Positions 36,048 through 45,640 of a stretch of 64,000 nucleotides of DNA are shown here, in pieces. Location of the stretch: the NCBI GenBank assembly GCA_023229435.1, contig JALNZF010000001.1, forward strand, positions 320,002-384,001. The letters run 5' to 3'. The DNA comes from Nitrospirota bacterium. GTDB lineage: Bacteria; Nitrospirota; UBA9217. Numbering within the stretch: position 1 is the stretch's first letter; each line of letters starts with the position of its first letter. Both the position numbers and the translations under genes were made by a program. The notes beneath the pieces were generated by a model. That model had not been told where the DNA came from, did no database searches, and was given only the letters and a program-made list of their open reading frames with translations.

Positions 36048-38621
36048 ATGAACGGCTCGGACCATATCATGACATCAATTCAGGCCGGCACCATCAAGAC
36101 GATGCTCGAGAAGGAAGGCGCGATCATCCGCAACGCGCATTTTTCCGGCGCGGGCGGCAGCGAGGTGGTCCTGCGCCGGACCGAACTCATTGACAGGACG
36201 CTCTGCAACGCGTATGACCACCTGACCGCGGCCGGTCCCATGCCCGCGCTCCTTGCCACCGGAGGCTATGGCAGGGGCGAGCTGAATCCGCACTCGGACA
36301 TAGACATCATGTTCCTGTGCAGAGACGAACAGGACCGGCAGCGTTCTCTGGAGTTGCTGTATGTACTCTGGGACGCCGGCATGGACGTGGGATACAGCGT
36401 TCGGACCATGCCTGAGTGCGTGTCGCTCGCGAGGCAGGACATCAAGATCCGCACCTCGCTCCTTGAATCACGCCTGATCGCGGGAGACCCCGCGTTCTAC
36501 GATTTGTTCATCAGGACCATGCAGAGCGGGGTCTTTTATTGGAAGCCTTCCGCGTTCATCCAGGAAAAGATCGCGGAGCGCGTTGCAACGCGCCGGAAAT
36601 ACGGCGGCTCGATCTATCTGCGTGAACCCAACATCAAGGAGTGCGAAGGCGGACTCCGGGACATTCATACCGCGCTATGGATCGCGTTTGTGCGTTATCG
36701 GGTCGCATCGCTCGGAGAACTGGTCGCGAAAAACGTCATCACCGGGAGGCAGTACGCGGTGTTCCAGCGGTCCCGGAACTTCCTTTGGAGACTCAGGAAC
36801 GAGATCCACTATCTCTCGGGCCGGAAGAACGACCATCTTACCTTCGACCTCCAGGAACGCGCTGCAAAGGACTTCAAATACCGCGACTCCGCGCACCTGT
36901 TCGCAGTCGAGCGATTTATGAAGGCCTACTTTCTTCATGCACGGAACATTCGTGAATTTACGGATGCTGTCGTCACAGCCGTTCTTGGGAAACCATCCCG
37001 CAAATGGTTCCAAAGGGCGCAGAAACTCGGACCCTTCTCACTGTCGGGCAGAACGCTATTTCTTTCTTCAGACGAGGGGTGTCATAAAAATGCTGTTCTT
37101 GCCATGACCGCTTTCGAGATCGCCCAAAACAGGCATGCCGTCTTTTCAGACCAGCTCGGATCTCTGATCGGTTCATGCAGACTCGATGATGCTGAGAGGA
37201 TATCCGCTCCGGCTTCAAACGTGTTCCTCACGATCCTCAATAATCCTGATGGACTATCGGAGACGCTTGCCCTGATGAAGGACCTGCGTTTTCTCGGCCG
37301 GTACATCCCGGAATTCCGGGCGATCCAGGCGCTCGCGAGACACGATTATTACCACCTGTACACCGTGGATGAACATATTCTGCTTGCCATTAAAAATCTT
37401 CAGGCCCTGTGGTCGGGCAGTTTCCCTTCGCTCACGACGCTTTCCGATGCCTTTCGGGGCCTCAGCAAGCGCTGGGTCCTGATCCTTGCTCTTTTGCTTC
37501 ATGATCTGGGCAAGGCATACCGGAATGAACATGAGCACCGGGGCGTGGAACTGGCCAAGAATATCCTTATGCGACTCTCGGTTACCGGAGTGGATTGTGA
37601 TCGGATCCTTTTTCTCATCGAGAACCATCTCGTCATGGCGCTCCTGTCACAGCGGCGGGAACTCAGTGACCGAAAGGTCATCGCTGATTTTTCCCGGCTC
37701 GTGCAGGACCGCGAGAACCTCTCCATGCTGTATCTGCTCACGTATGCCGATATATCGGCGGTGAACCCCACTTCCTGGACGCAATGGAAGGCCGCGCTGC
37801 TTCAGGACCTCTACCTGAGGACGCTCAACCATCTGGATGCGAGCGCGCAGACCGTTGAGGAAGAACGGGCCAGGCTTACCGCGGCATCCGACAGGATAAA
37901 AAATGCTGCGGATGGACAGTTCTCTTCTCAAGAGATCGATGAATTCATCGCAACCATGCCCGAACAGTACCTCCTCACCGCCTCGACGCGCCGGGTGCTG
38001 GATCACTTGAGCATGATGAAGAAACTGCCCGAAGAACAGCTGGTTATCCGTTGCCGGCATGATATTGAGCGGGGATACACCGAGCTCACCGTCTGCGCCT
38101 ACGACGCCTACGGCATGTTTTACCGGACCGCGGGCACGATCGCCTCCAAGAACCTGAACATCCTCCGCGCCCAGGTATTTACCTCAAAGAACGGCGTGAT
38201 GATCGACACGTTCCAGATCACCGGTCCCGAGGGGAAGTTCTTCGATTATGAGGAGGCATGGGAAAGCGTACGCATTGAACTTCGGGCCGCGCTCATGAGC
38301 GGGTTCAAGCTTCCTGAACCAAGCCCTTATGCATGTACCCCGTCGCTCCCCGTGTCGATAACCCCCGCGGTGACGTTCGACAATGAAACCTCGGAGATAT
38401 TCACCATTATCGACATCACCGCCCGCGATTGCGTTGGATTTTTGTATCACGTGTCGAAGGCCCTGTACGACCTGAACCTGGACATCGGCTCCGCGAAGAT
38501 CGTGACCGAGGGATCGCGGGTCATGGACTCTTTTTACGTGACAAACTTGTTTAAGAAAAAGATAGACGATGCGGTCCGGCTTGAGAAGATCCGGGAAACG
38601 CTGATGAAGGTGATCGGGTAA
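36048..38621 (+). CDS. glnD: [Protein-PII] uridylyltransferase / uridylyl-removing enzyme
   Basis: Nucleotidyltransferase domain (GGYGRGELNPHSDIDIMFL), GlnD_UR_UTase domain, HD domain (LLHDLGK), and two C-terminal ACT domains. 857 aa. Confidence 0.9.
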   Translation: MNGSDHIMTSIQAGTIKTMLEKEGAIIRNAHFSGAGGSEVVLRRTELIDRTLCNAYDHLTAAGPMPALLATGGYGRGELNPHSDIDIMFLCRDEQDRQRSLELLYVLWDAGMDVGYSVRTMPECVSLARQDIKIRTSLLESRLIAGDPAFYDLFIRTMQSGVFYWKPSAFIQEKIAERVATRRKYGGSIYLREPNIKECEGGLRDIHTALWIAFVRYRVASLGELVAKNVITGRQYAVFQRSRNFLWRLRNEIHYLSGRKNDHLTFDLQERAAKDFKYRDSAHLFAVERFMKAYFLHARNIREFTDAVVTAVLGKPSRKWFQRAQKLGPFSLSGRTLFLSSDEGCHKNAVLAMTAFEIAQNRHAVFSDQLGSLIGSCRLDDAERISAPASNVFLTILNNPDGLSETLALMKDLRFLGRYIPEFRAIQALARHDYYHLYTVDEHILLAIKNLQALWSGSFPSLTTLSDAFRGLSKRWVLILALLLHDLGKAYRNEHEHRGVELAKNILMRLSVTGVDCDRILFLIENHLVMALLSQRRELSDRKVIADFSRLVQDRENLSMLYLLTYADISAVNPTSWTQWKAALLQDLYLRTLNHLDASAQTVEEERARLTAASDRIKNAADGQFSSQEIDEFIATMPEQYLLTASTRRVLDHLSMMKKLPEEQLVIRCRHDIERGYTELTVCAYDAYGMFYRTAGTIASKNLNILRAQVFTSKNGVMIDTFQITGPEGKFFDYEEAWESVRIELRAALMSGFKLPEPSPYACTPSLPVSITPAVTFDNETSEIFTIIDITARDCVGFLYHVSKALYDLNLDIGSAKIVTEGSRVMDSFYVTNLFKKKIDDAVRLEKIRETLMKVIG

Positions 38622-38622
38622 C

Positions 38623-38664
38623 AGTTCGTAGTTCGTAGTTTGGAGTGTGGAGTTCGGAGTAATG
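38623..38664. repeat. Tandem heptanucleotide repeats AGTTNGN, 6 units, spanning the glnD-tamB gap and the tamB ribosome-binding site and start
   Basis: AGTTCGT AGTTCGT AGTTTGG AGTGTGG AGTTCGG AGTAATG. Contains three GGA motifs, and the last unit includes the ATG. Confidence 0.65.
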
Positions 38665-41600
38665 AAAAGAATCGTTATCATCATATCGATCGTTCTGTTC
38701 GTCCTGACTGCGGGAGCCGAGGGCTACCTGCAGAGTGACGCCTTTTCACGGATGATCAGGCCTTATGTGCTTGGTCCGCTCAAAGAACTGGTGGGCGATG
38801 ATGCGAAGATCGGTCTGGTTAAAGCCCACTTCATTCCGCCCAATATTGAAGTGCGGGACATCTCGATTCCCTACGCAGGCGGGAACGAAGCCATCGCCAT
38901 CCGGAAGATAAAGGCCTACATCAACCCGCTCCCGCTGTTTCTGAAAAAGATCAGGTTGCCTTCGATTTCCATCCTTGAACCCCGCATTTACGCGGAGCGT
39001 GCAAAAGACGGCACGATCAACCTTACCCCGCTCATCGATCGGATCAGAACGAATGCGGCCCGCAAAGAGTCGGAAGGCACGGCCGGGTTCAGCCTTCTGC
39101 TGAGGAACCTGTCGCTCAGCAAGGGCCGGATCGAGTATAAGGACAAGATGACTTCAGCTCAGTACACCCTGAGCGATCTCAATGTGACCACCAGGGTTTA
39201 TCTTTCGCAAGACCGGTTCACCACCAGCATCAAGAGCGGCCTCATCCGCATTTCGACTCCCGTCTATCCTGAGATAATGGGCAAGGTCATGGCAACCATG
39301 AAATACGACCGGGGCCGGATCCATATGGATACGGCCGAGCTGTCAACGACGGACGCTGTATTCACCGTATCCGGAGACGCCGGGTTGTCGCAGGAATCAC
39401 CGCTTGATCTCAAGATCACGGGCAGATCGGGTCCGCAGACCATCGGTCGGTTTCTTGATGTCCTGAAACCGGTCAAGAAGCAAAAGGACTCTCTCTTCGA
39501 AGTGCAGGCGCTGGTCCGGGGGAAACTGTCCGATCCGGTCGTAGAGGGAAACCTGAAAATATCCGCAATTCCTGTCAGAGAATATGTGCTTCGGAACGGT
39601 GCCCTGTCGTTCTCCTATCGGGACAAGAGCGTCACGATCTCCGGCAGTCAGTGGAAACTCACGAAGGGCGGGGCAAACCTCGTCATCGACTCCATCGACG
39701 CCGCACTTGGCGCCAGCAGGGAAGGACTGGAAATACGGCGTCTGGATATCCTCGCCGGCGACCTGGCGCTGCATGGTGACGGACGTGCGGACACGGCAAA
39801 GGGCTTCGACGCGCTTCTCAGCGCCGCGTCCTCGGGGAAAGGAAGGACCATTTCGATTCTGACCGGTCTGCCGTTTGAGGGCCCGGTCAAGGTAACCGGA
39901 CGTCTTTCCGGCAAACTCGACTCGCCCCGTTTCGACGGCAGCCTTTCCGCGGGTCCCGTGACCGTGCGGGGCGTCCTCATCAGCTCCATAGCCGGCAGGA
40001 TAGAGTATGAGCATAAGAAGATACTGCTCTCATCCGTGGACATCGCCGAGCAGTCATCCCGATATATTTTTTCCGGCTCCGTGGACCTGAACGGCAAAGA
40101 ACCGGTCTATTCAGCTCGACTCCGTGTCCTTCGGTCAAATGTCGTGAACGTTGTGGCAATGTTCTATAAACAACTGCCGCTCGTGCTTTCCGCAACCGGC
40201 GAGCTGACGTTCAGCGGAACTGCGCAGAATTATTCGGGGAACGGGCATCTCACCCTTGATGCAGGCAGCGCATATGGGGAATCCTTTGTCCGGGGGGCGG
40301 TCACGGCGTCGCTCACCAACGGCAGGATCGCCTTTCCTCAGGTTGTGCTCTACAAAGAGCGGGGAATGGTGAAGGCGACCGGATGGATCGGGTTTCATGA
40401 CGGGAAATATTCCGCTGATCTTGAAAGCAGGGGGATCGACCTGTCCGAAGTCGACCGGCTAAAGGATTTGCCGATCGCCGGTGAGGGCAATCTCGATATT
40501 CACTCCTCGGGAACCTTTACCCTGCCTGTGGTCAGGGCTTCGCTTACTGTTGAAGCGCTGTCCTACCACCAGGTTTCGATGGGCGGGATACATGCGATTG
40601 CGTTTATCCGGGACGGGGTGATATTTTGCAAAACAGGGCTGCCCGGAGACCGTGTGAACCTGACTATGCGCTGGACGCTTCACACGCCATACCCCTGGAC
40701 CGCTGACGTAAAGATTCTTACCGATGACTTCGACCCTTTATCCATGCTCGATAAAAAGGGGCTCGCTGATCGGGTGAAGGTGGCCGCTGAAGGCGTGCTG
40801 AGGGCGCAGGGCCGTGGACTTGATCTGTCGACGATCTCGGGAGAGGCGATCTTCAAAAAGTTACGCCTCTTCATCGGTGATTATCGGATCGATAACGATT
40901 CAGAGGTAAAGTTATCTGTGGAAGGCAGCAAAATATCGGTCAAGGCGCTGAATTTCGTCGGCGCCGACACCCGGTTCGGCATCACCGGCTGGGTCCGGCC
41001 CATGGAGGAAATAGACATCGCCCTGAAAGGCACGGCGAATCTATCACTCCTGAAACTGCTCTACCGTGAGGTGGAGCACGCAGCTGGTGTTGCCGAGGTG
41101 AAGTTTGGGATCAAGGATACCTGGAAGAACCCTGACATTACCGGAGAGCTGCTGTTGCGGAACGGTGAGATCAAAATTAAGGACATCCCGCAGCGGTTCA
41201 CCGCGTTGAACAGCAAGATCGTCTTCGAGCAAGGCAGGATCGTTGCGGACTCCTTGTCCGGCGAGGTGGGAGGCGGCACGCTGAGCGCATCGGGATGGGC
41301 GCAGCTTTCCGGCTTGCAACTTCAGGATTTCTCCGCAAAAGCATCCGTGGATAATGTGACGGTCCGCTATCCCGAAGGACTCACCTCGACACTTTCCGGA
41401 GAGCTGTATTATGACGGCGACGCGTCCGAGCAGTCCCTCGCCGGCGACATCACGATCATACGCTCCAGGTACGATAAGCGGGTGGAGTGGAAAAGCATGC
41501 TCGTTGATATCGGCAGAGGTCTGTACCAGAAAAAGAAGACCGAGGTGGCATGGATCGGGGATACGCAGGTCAATATCCGATTCCATGGAGAAAACAACAT

Positions 41601-42291
41601 CCTGTTCCAGAACAATCTCGCTAAAATGCCTCTCGCTGTGGATGTGTTTCTCCGGGGAACGGTCAACCATCCTCAGCTCCTGGGCAGGATCGAGGCCCGG
41701 AGCGGGGTCGTGTATTTCCGTAAGAACGAATTCAAGATACTCCGTGCTTCCGTGGATTTCGTTGATCCCAACCGGATGAACCCCGTGCTGGACATTCAGG
41801 CGGAAACACAGGTGCGCGAATACAAGATCCGGCTCGCGGTCACGGGCACCGCCGAGCATGCGGTAATCACCTATATTTCCGAGCCTTCGCTTATTGACAC
41901 CGATATTCTGGCGCTGCTGACGCTGGGAAAAACCGGATCAGAACTCAAAGGCAAGGAAACCGGCGTGGGGGTGGGCGAGGCCACTTCATTCGCCACCGGC
42001 CAATTCCAGGACGTTATTGAGCGTAATGCAAAAAGACTGACCGGGCTTGATCGTTTTCAGGTTGATCCCTACGTCGGCAAAAGCGATACCTCTGTGCCGC
42101 GGGTCACCGTGGGCAAGGAACTCGTGCGGAACAAGCTTTATGCCACCTACTCGTCAAACGTAGGCGCTACGGCCCCGGAGCAGCTTTTCCGGATGGAGTA
42201 CCTGCTGAACAGGCATTTTTCAGTCGTGGGTGAACGGAACGAGACGGGGAACAACGGGGCTGATATCAAGTATCGGTTTGAATTCAAGTAG
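38662..42291 (+). CDS. tamB: TamB-like translocation and assembly module protein (AsmA-like N-terminus, DUF490 C-terminus)
   Basis: N-terminal signal-anchor MKRIVIIISIVLFVLTAG, roughly 1200 aa of repetitive beta-rich sequence, and a C-terminal DUF490 signature (...YSSNVGATAPEQLFRMEYLLNRHFSVVGERNETGNNGADIKYRFEFK). The ORF track starts at GTG 38647, and ATG 38662 is the alternative. Confidence 0.8.
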   Translation: MKRIVIIISIVLFVLTAGAEGYLQSDAFSRMIRPYVLGPLKELVGDDAKIGLVKAHFIPPNIEVRDISIPYAGGNEAIAIRKIKAYINPLPLFLKKIRLPSISILEPRIYAERAKDGTINLTPLIDRIRTNAARKESEGTAGFSLLLRNLSLSKGRIEYKDKMTSAQYTLSDLNVTTRVYLSQDRFTTSIKSGLIRISTPVYPEIMGKVMATMKYDRGRIHMDTAELSTTDAVFTVSGDAGLSQESPLDLKITGRSGPQTIGRFLDVLKPVKKQKDSLFEVQALVRGKLSDPVVEGNLKISAIPVREYVLRNGALSFSYRDKSVTISGSQWKLTKGGANLVIDSIDAALGASREGLEIRRLDILAGDLALHGDGRADTAKGFDALLSAASSGKGRTISILTGLPFEGPVKVTGRLSGKLDSPRFDGSLSAGPVTVRGVLISSIAGRIEYEHKKILLSSVDIAEQSSRYIFSGSVDLNGKEPVYSARLRVLRSNVVNVVAMFYKQLPLVLSATGELTFSGTAQNYSGNGHLTLDAGSAYGESFVRGAVTASLTNGRIAFPQVVLYKERGMVKATGWIGFHDGKYSADLESRGIDLSEVDRLKDLPIAGEGNLDIHSSGTFTLPVVRASLTVEALSYHQVSMGGIHAIAFIRDGVIFCKTGLPGDRVNLTMRWTLHTPYPWTADVKILTDDFDPLSMLDKKGLADRVKVAAEGVLRAQGRGLDLSTISGEAIFKKLRLFIGDYRIDNDSEVKLSVEGSKISVKALNFVGADTRFGITGWVRPMEEIDIALKGTANLSLLKLLYREVEHAAGVAEVKFGIKDTWKNPDITGELLLRNGEIKIKDIPQRFTALNSKIVFEQGRIVADSLSGEVGGGTLSASGWAQLSGLQLQDFSAKASVDNVTVRYPEGLTSTLSGELYYDGDASEQSLAGDITIIRSRYDKRVEWKSMLVDIGRGLYQKKKTEVAWIGDTQVNIRFHGENNILFQNNLAKMPLAVDVFLRGTVNHPQLLGRIEARSGVVYFRKNEFKILRASVDFVDPNRMNPVLDIQAETQVREYKIRLAVTGTAEHAVITYISEPSLIDTDILALLTLGKTGSELKGKETGVGVGEATSFATGQFQDVIERNAKRLTGLDRFQVDPYVGKSDTSVPRVTVGKELVRNKLYATYSSNVGATAPEQLFRMEYLLNRHFSVVGERNETGNNGADIKYRFEFK

Positions 42292-42298
42292 GAACCGC

Positions 42299-42364
42299 AA
42301 AGAGCATAGGGCATGGCGCATGGGGCAACGGGTTTAAAGCTTTTACGCTCTGCGCCATGCTCTT
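42299..42364. terminator. Convergent-gene stem-loop (bipartite imperfect inverted repeat) between tamB and polA
   Basis: AAGAGCAT(agggcat)GGCGCA ... TGCGCCATGCTCTT forms a roughly 14-bp stem with a bulge, between two convergent stop codons. Confidence 0.45.
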
Positions 42365-42378
42365 TGCGCTATGCGGTT

Positions 42379-45060
42379 TCAATGCGCTTCATCCCAGTTC
42401 TTGCCCACGCCCATATCCACCCTGATCGGGACTGAAAGCGCGAGCACTCCTTCCATTTCTTCCTTGACCAGCTTTTTCATCGGTTCTCTCTCCCGGTCCG
42501 GCACTTCGAATACCAGCTCATCATGCACCTGGAGGATCATTTTTGATTGGAGGCTTTCCCGCGTGATCCGCTTCTGTACATTGATCATTGCCAGCTTGAT
42601 AAGGTCGGCGGCGGTCCCTTGAATGGGCGTATTGACCGCCATACGCTCACCGAAATTCCGCACCGCCACCGTGGATGACGCAAGTTCGGGGATGAAGCGG
42701 CGCCGGTTAAAGAGCGTTGAGACGTAGCCGTTCGTCGTCGCGTCCCTGATGGTCCTGTCTATGAACTCGCGGACTTTCGGATATCTGGCAAAATAATTGT
42801 CTATGTATCGCTTTGCCTCGGCATTCGAGACCCCGATGTCCTGCGCCAGGCCGAACGCCGATATGCCGTAGATGATGCCGAAATTGACCGCCTTGGCCTT
42901 GCGCCGCATCTCGGGCGTGATCTCTTCAGGGGTGAGCCCGAAGATCTCCGAGGCGGTCCGGGTGTGGACGTCTTCATCATTCTGAAAGGTCTTGATCAGT
43001 GCCGGGTCTTTGCTCATGTGGGCGAGGACGCGCAGCTCGATCTGGGAGTAATCGGCGGAGAGCAGGCTCGCGCCGTGTTCGGCGATAAATGCCTTTCTGA
43101 TCTCCCGTCCCACTTCGGTGCGTATGGGGATGTTCTGAAGGTTCGGTTCACTGCTTGAAAGTCTGCCGGTCGCGGTCACGGTCTGGTTGAGCGAGGTGTG
43201 GAGCCTGCCCGTTTTCGGGTTGATCATCAATGGCAGCGCGTCGATATAGGTCGACTTGAGCTTCGAAAGCGTGCGGAATTTGAGGATCTCCGCCGGCAGG
43301 GGATGAAGGGGAGCAAGAGCTTCGAGCACGTCCACATTGGTCGAGAATCCGGTTTTGGTCTTCTTGGTCGGCGTAAGTTTTAATTTCACGAACAGGATTT
43401 CCGCGAGCTGCTTCGGAGAATTGATGTTGAATTCCGTTCCTGCCAGTTCGTAAATGCTCCTTTCGATGCCCGCCATGTCAATTCCCAGCTTCTTCGACAT
43501 GAGCGAAAGATATTCGGCATTGATCTTCACGCCGACGCGCTCCATGTCGACCAGGACCTCCATGAGAGGCATCTCCATGTCAGAGAAAAGCCTTTCCAGG
43601 TCCTGCTCCCGAAGCAGGGGGGCGAGCGTTTGTTTCAGCCGGAGCGTTATGTCCGCGTCTTCACCGGAGTAGCGGGTCGCGGTCTGCACATCAACTTCGG
43701 CAAATCCGATCTGCTTTTTCCCTGACCCCGTGACGTCGGCATACGTGATGGTCTTATGATTAAGATACTCGAGCGCAAGCGCGTCCATCCCATGGGAGGC
43801 CTTGCCCGGGTTCAGGAGATAGGACGCGATCATGGTGTCGAAGGAGATGCCCTTTACCGGTATCCCATAATGCCCGAGCACGAGCAGGTCGTATTTGATG
43901 TTCTGCCCGATCTTCCGGATCGCGGGATCTCCCATGACCGGTTTGAGCGCGTCCAGCGCGTGTTCGAGGCTGATCTGTTTTGGAGCGCCAGGGTAGCGGT
44001 GGCCGAGCGGCAGGTAATATGCCTGGTGGGGCCGGATGGAAAACGAGATCCCGACCAGTTCGGCCTGCATGGCATCGAGCGATGTGGTTTCGGTATCAAA
44101 ACAGAATTCGTCCGTTGAGGAAAGGGCGCGAATCAGGTCCTGAAGATCCTTTTCCTCAAGGATCGTGCGATATTCCACGTCCTGTTCGGGTTCCTGGATG
44201 ACGTGCTTCAGCAATGCGGTGAATTCGAGTTCTTTTAAGATCCTGAGCAGGGCAGGACCGTCAGGTGCCTTGAGCTTCAGGTCGTCATAGCTGATCTCGA
44301 TCGGCACATCGGTATGCAGGATCGCCAGTTCGCGGCTCAGGCGCGCGAGGTCCGCGTATTCAATGAGCGATTGTTTCAACTTCGGTTTGGTGATCTCGTG
44401 CGTGTGGGCGAGCAGGTTTTCAATGGTCCTGTACTGCCTGATCAGGACCTGTGCGGTCTTCTCGCCGATGCCGGGCACGCCGGGAATATTGTCCGATGCG
44501 TCGCCCATGAGGCCCATGATCTCGACCACGCGGTCGGGCGGCACGCTGAAGCGCTCTTCCACATCCGCGGGCTCGTAGACCTTGTCCTTGAGCGTGTCAT
44601 ACACCTTTATCCGGGGTCCCACGAGCTGGAGGAGGTCCTTGTCACCCGTGACGATGGTGATATCCATGCCATGCGATTCCGCATTTCGGGCGAGGGTGGC
44701 GATCACATCGTCGGCCTCCTGACCTTCGATCACGAAAACCGGGATGCGGAAGGCCTCCACCAGTTTGTGGATATAAGGGATCTGGGGGATGAGGTCTCCG
44801 GGCATGGGAGGCCGGTGGGCCTTGTATTCCTTGTATTCACCATGTCTGCGGGTCGGACCCTTGGGATCGAACACGATGGCAAGCAATGCCGGCGCTTTGT
44901 CCTTGATTACTTTTAAGAGCATGTTCGCAAAACCAAAGACCGCGTTCGTCGGCAAACCGGCAGAATTGCTGAGCCCCCGTATTGCGTAAAACGCCCGGTA
45001 AATATAGGAATTGCCGTCGATAATATAAAAAGTGGTTTTTGAATTATTGCTCGTGCTCAT
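42379..45060 (-). CDS. polA: DNA polymerase I
   Basis: 893 aa with a 5'-3' exonuclease domain (YIIDGNSYIYRAFYA), a 3'-5' exonuclease domain, and polymerase motifs A/B/C (DYSQIELR, RRKAKAVNFGIIYG, VHDE). Confidence 0.95.
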   Translation of the reverse strand: MSTSNNSKTTFYIIDGNSYIYRAFYAIRGLSNSAGLPTNAVFGFANMLLKVIKDKAPALLAIVFDPKGPTRRHGEYKEYKAHRPPMPGDLIPQIPYIHKLVEAFRIPVFVIEGQEADDVIATLARNAESHGMDITIVTGDKDLLQLVGPRIKVYDTLKDKVYEPADVEERFSVPPDRVVEIMGLMGDASDNIPGVPGIGEKTAQVLIRQYRTIENLLAHTHEITKPKLKQSLIEYADLARLSRELAILHTDVPIEISYDDLKLKAPDGPALLRILKELEFTALLKHVIQEPEQDVEYRTILEEKDLQDLIRALSSTDEFCFDTETTSLDAMQAELVGISFSIRPHQAYYLPLGHRYPGAPKQISLEHALDALKPVMGDPAIRKIGQNIKYDLLVLGHYGIPVKGISFDTMIASYLLNPGKASHGMDALALEYLNHKTITYADVTGSGKKQIGFAEVDVQTATRYSGEDADITLRLKQTLAPLLREQDLERLFSDMEMPLMEVLVDMERVGVKINAEYLSLMSKKLGIDMAGIERSIYELAGTEFNINSPKQLAEILFVKLKLTPTKKTKTGFSTNVDVLEALAPLHPLPAEILKFRTLSKLKSTYIDALPLMINPKTGRLHTSLNQTVTATGRLSSSEPNLQNIPIRTEVGREIRKAFIAEHGASLLSADYSQIELRVLAHMSKDPALIKTFQNDEDVHTRTASEIFGLTPEEITPEMRRKAKAVNFGIIYGISAFGLAQDIGVSNAEAKRYIDNYFARYPKVREFIDRTIRDATTNGYVSTLFNRRRFIPELASSTVAVRNFGERMAVNTPIQGTAADLIKLAMINVQKRITRESLQSKMILQVHDELVFEVPDREREPMKKLVKEEMEGVLALSVPIRVDMGVGKNWDEAH

Positions 45061-45163
45061 GGAAAGGGAGTATAGCGTACCTGCATAAGAAAGACAATGG
45101 GAGAATGGTGATAAGGGCGGTTTGCATCCTCAATCATAGAGCCTGCCCTCGAATGCTCTTATC

Positions 45164-45193
45164 GGGGGAGGGAGAGGATCGAGGTGAGGGGGG
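45164..45193. repeat. Partial (half) copy of the GC-rich CCCCTCACC palindromic element, in reverse orientation
   Basis: Reverse complement of GGGGGAGGGAGAGGATCGAGGTGAGGGGGG is CCCCCCTCACCTCGATCCTCTCCCTCCCCC, matching the left arm of the 12100 copy. Lies about 100 bp upstream of the polA start. Confidence 0.6.
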
Positions 45194-45335
45194 ATTGGTT
45201 TGCAGCCAGAGGCCGCGCTATGGATGTCATAAGCTGTACAGTTAGATTCCGAAAGATTTTCTTGACGCAAATGAGATAATGTTGTATAAACAACGCTTGT
45301 TCAGTTTGTTTTACTCAATTCCTTTATCTCCTCAG

Positions 45336-45411
<76 letters not shown>

Positions 45412-45512
45412 CATATCATCGGATTTTATTTCGTAACTCATGCAACACTTTAGTTATCTTTTTTTCGAAATCTGATAGCGCCTCATATCGTTCCGCTGTT
45501 GATAATATTTTC

Positions 45513-45541
45513 TTGACATCCTCAAGGCAATGATATTTAAT
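45513..45541 (+). promoter_or_regulatory. Candidate sigma-70 promoter TTGACA-N17-TTTAAT for the Ig-like lipoprotein gene
   Basis: Consensus -35 hexamer with a 17-nt spacer, about 100 nt upstream of ATG 45641. Confidence 0.45.
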
Positions 45542-45640
45542 ACAATGAATCTTAGCAGGACAACGCATCCGGCAATAAATCTCAATGACGTTTCTTTAAT
45601 CACAATAACTATTTAATGGATTTATAAACAGGAGGGGACA

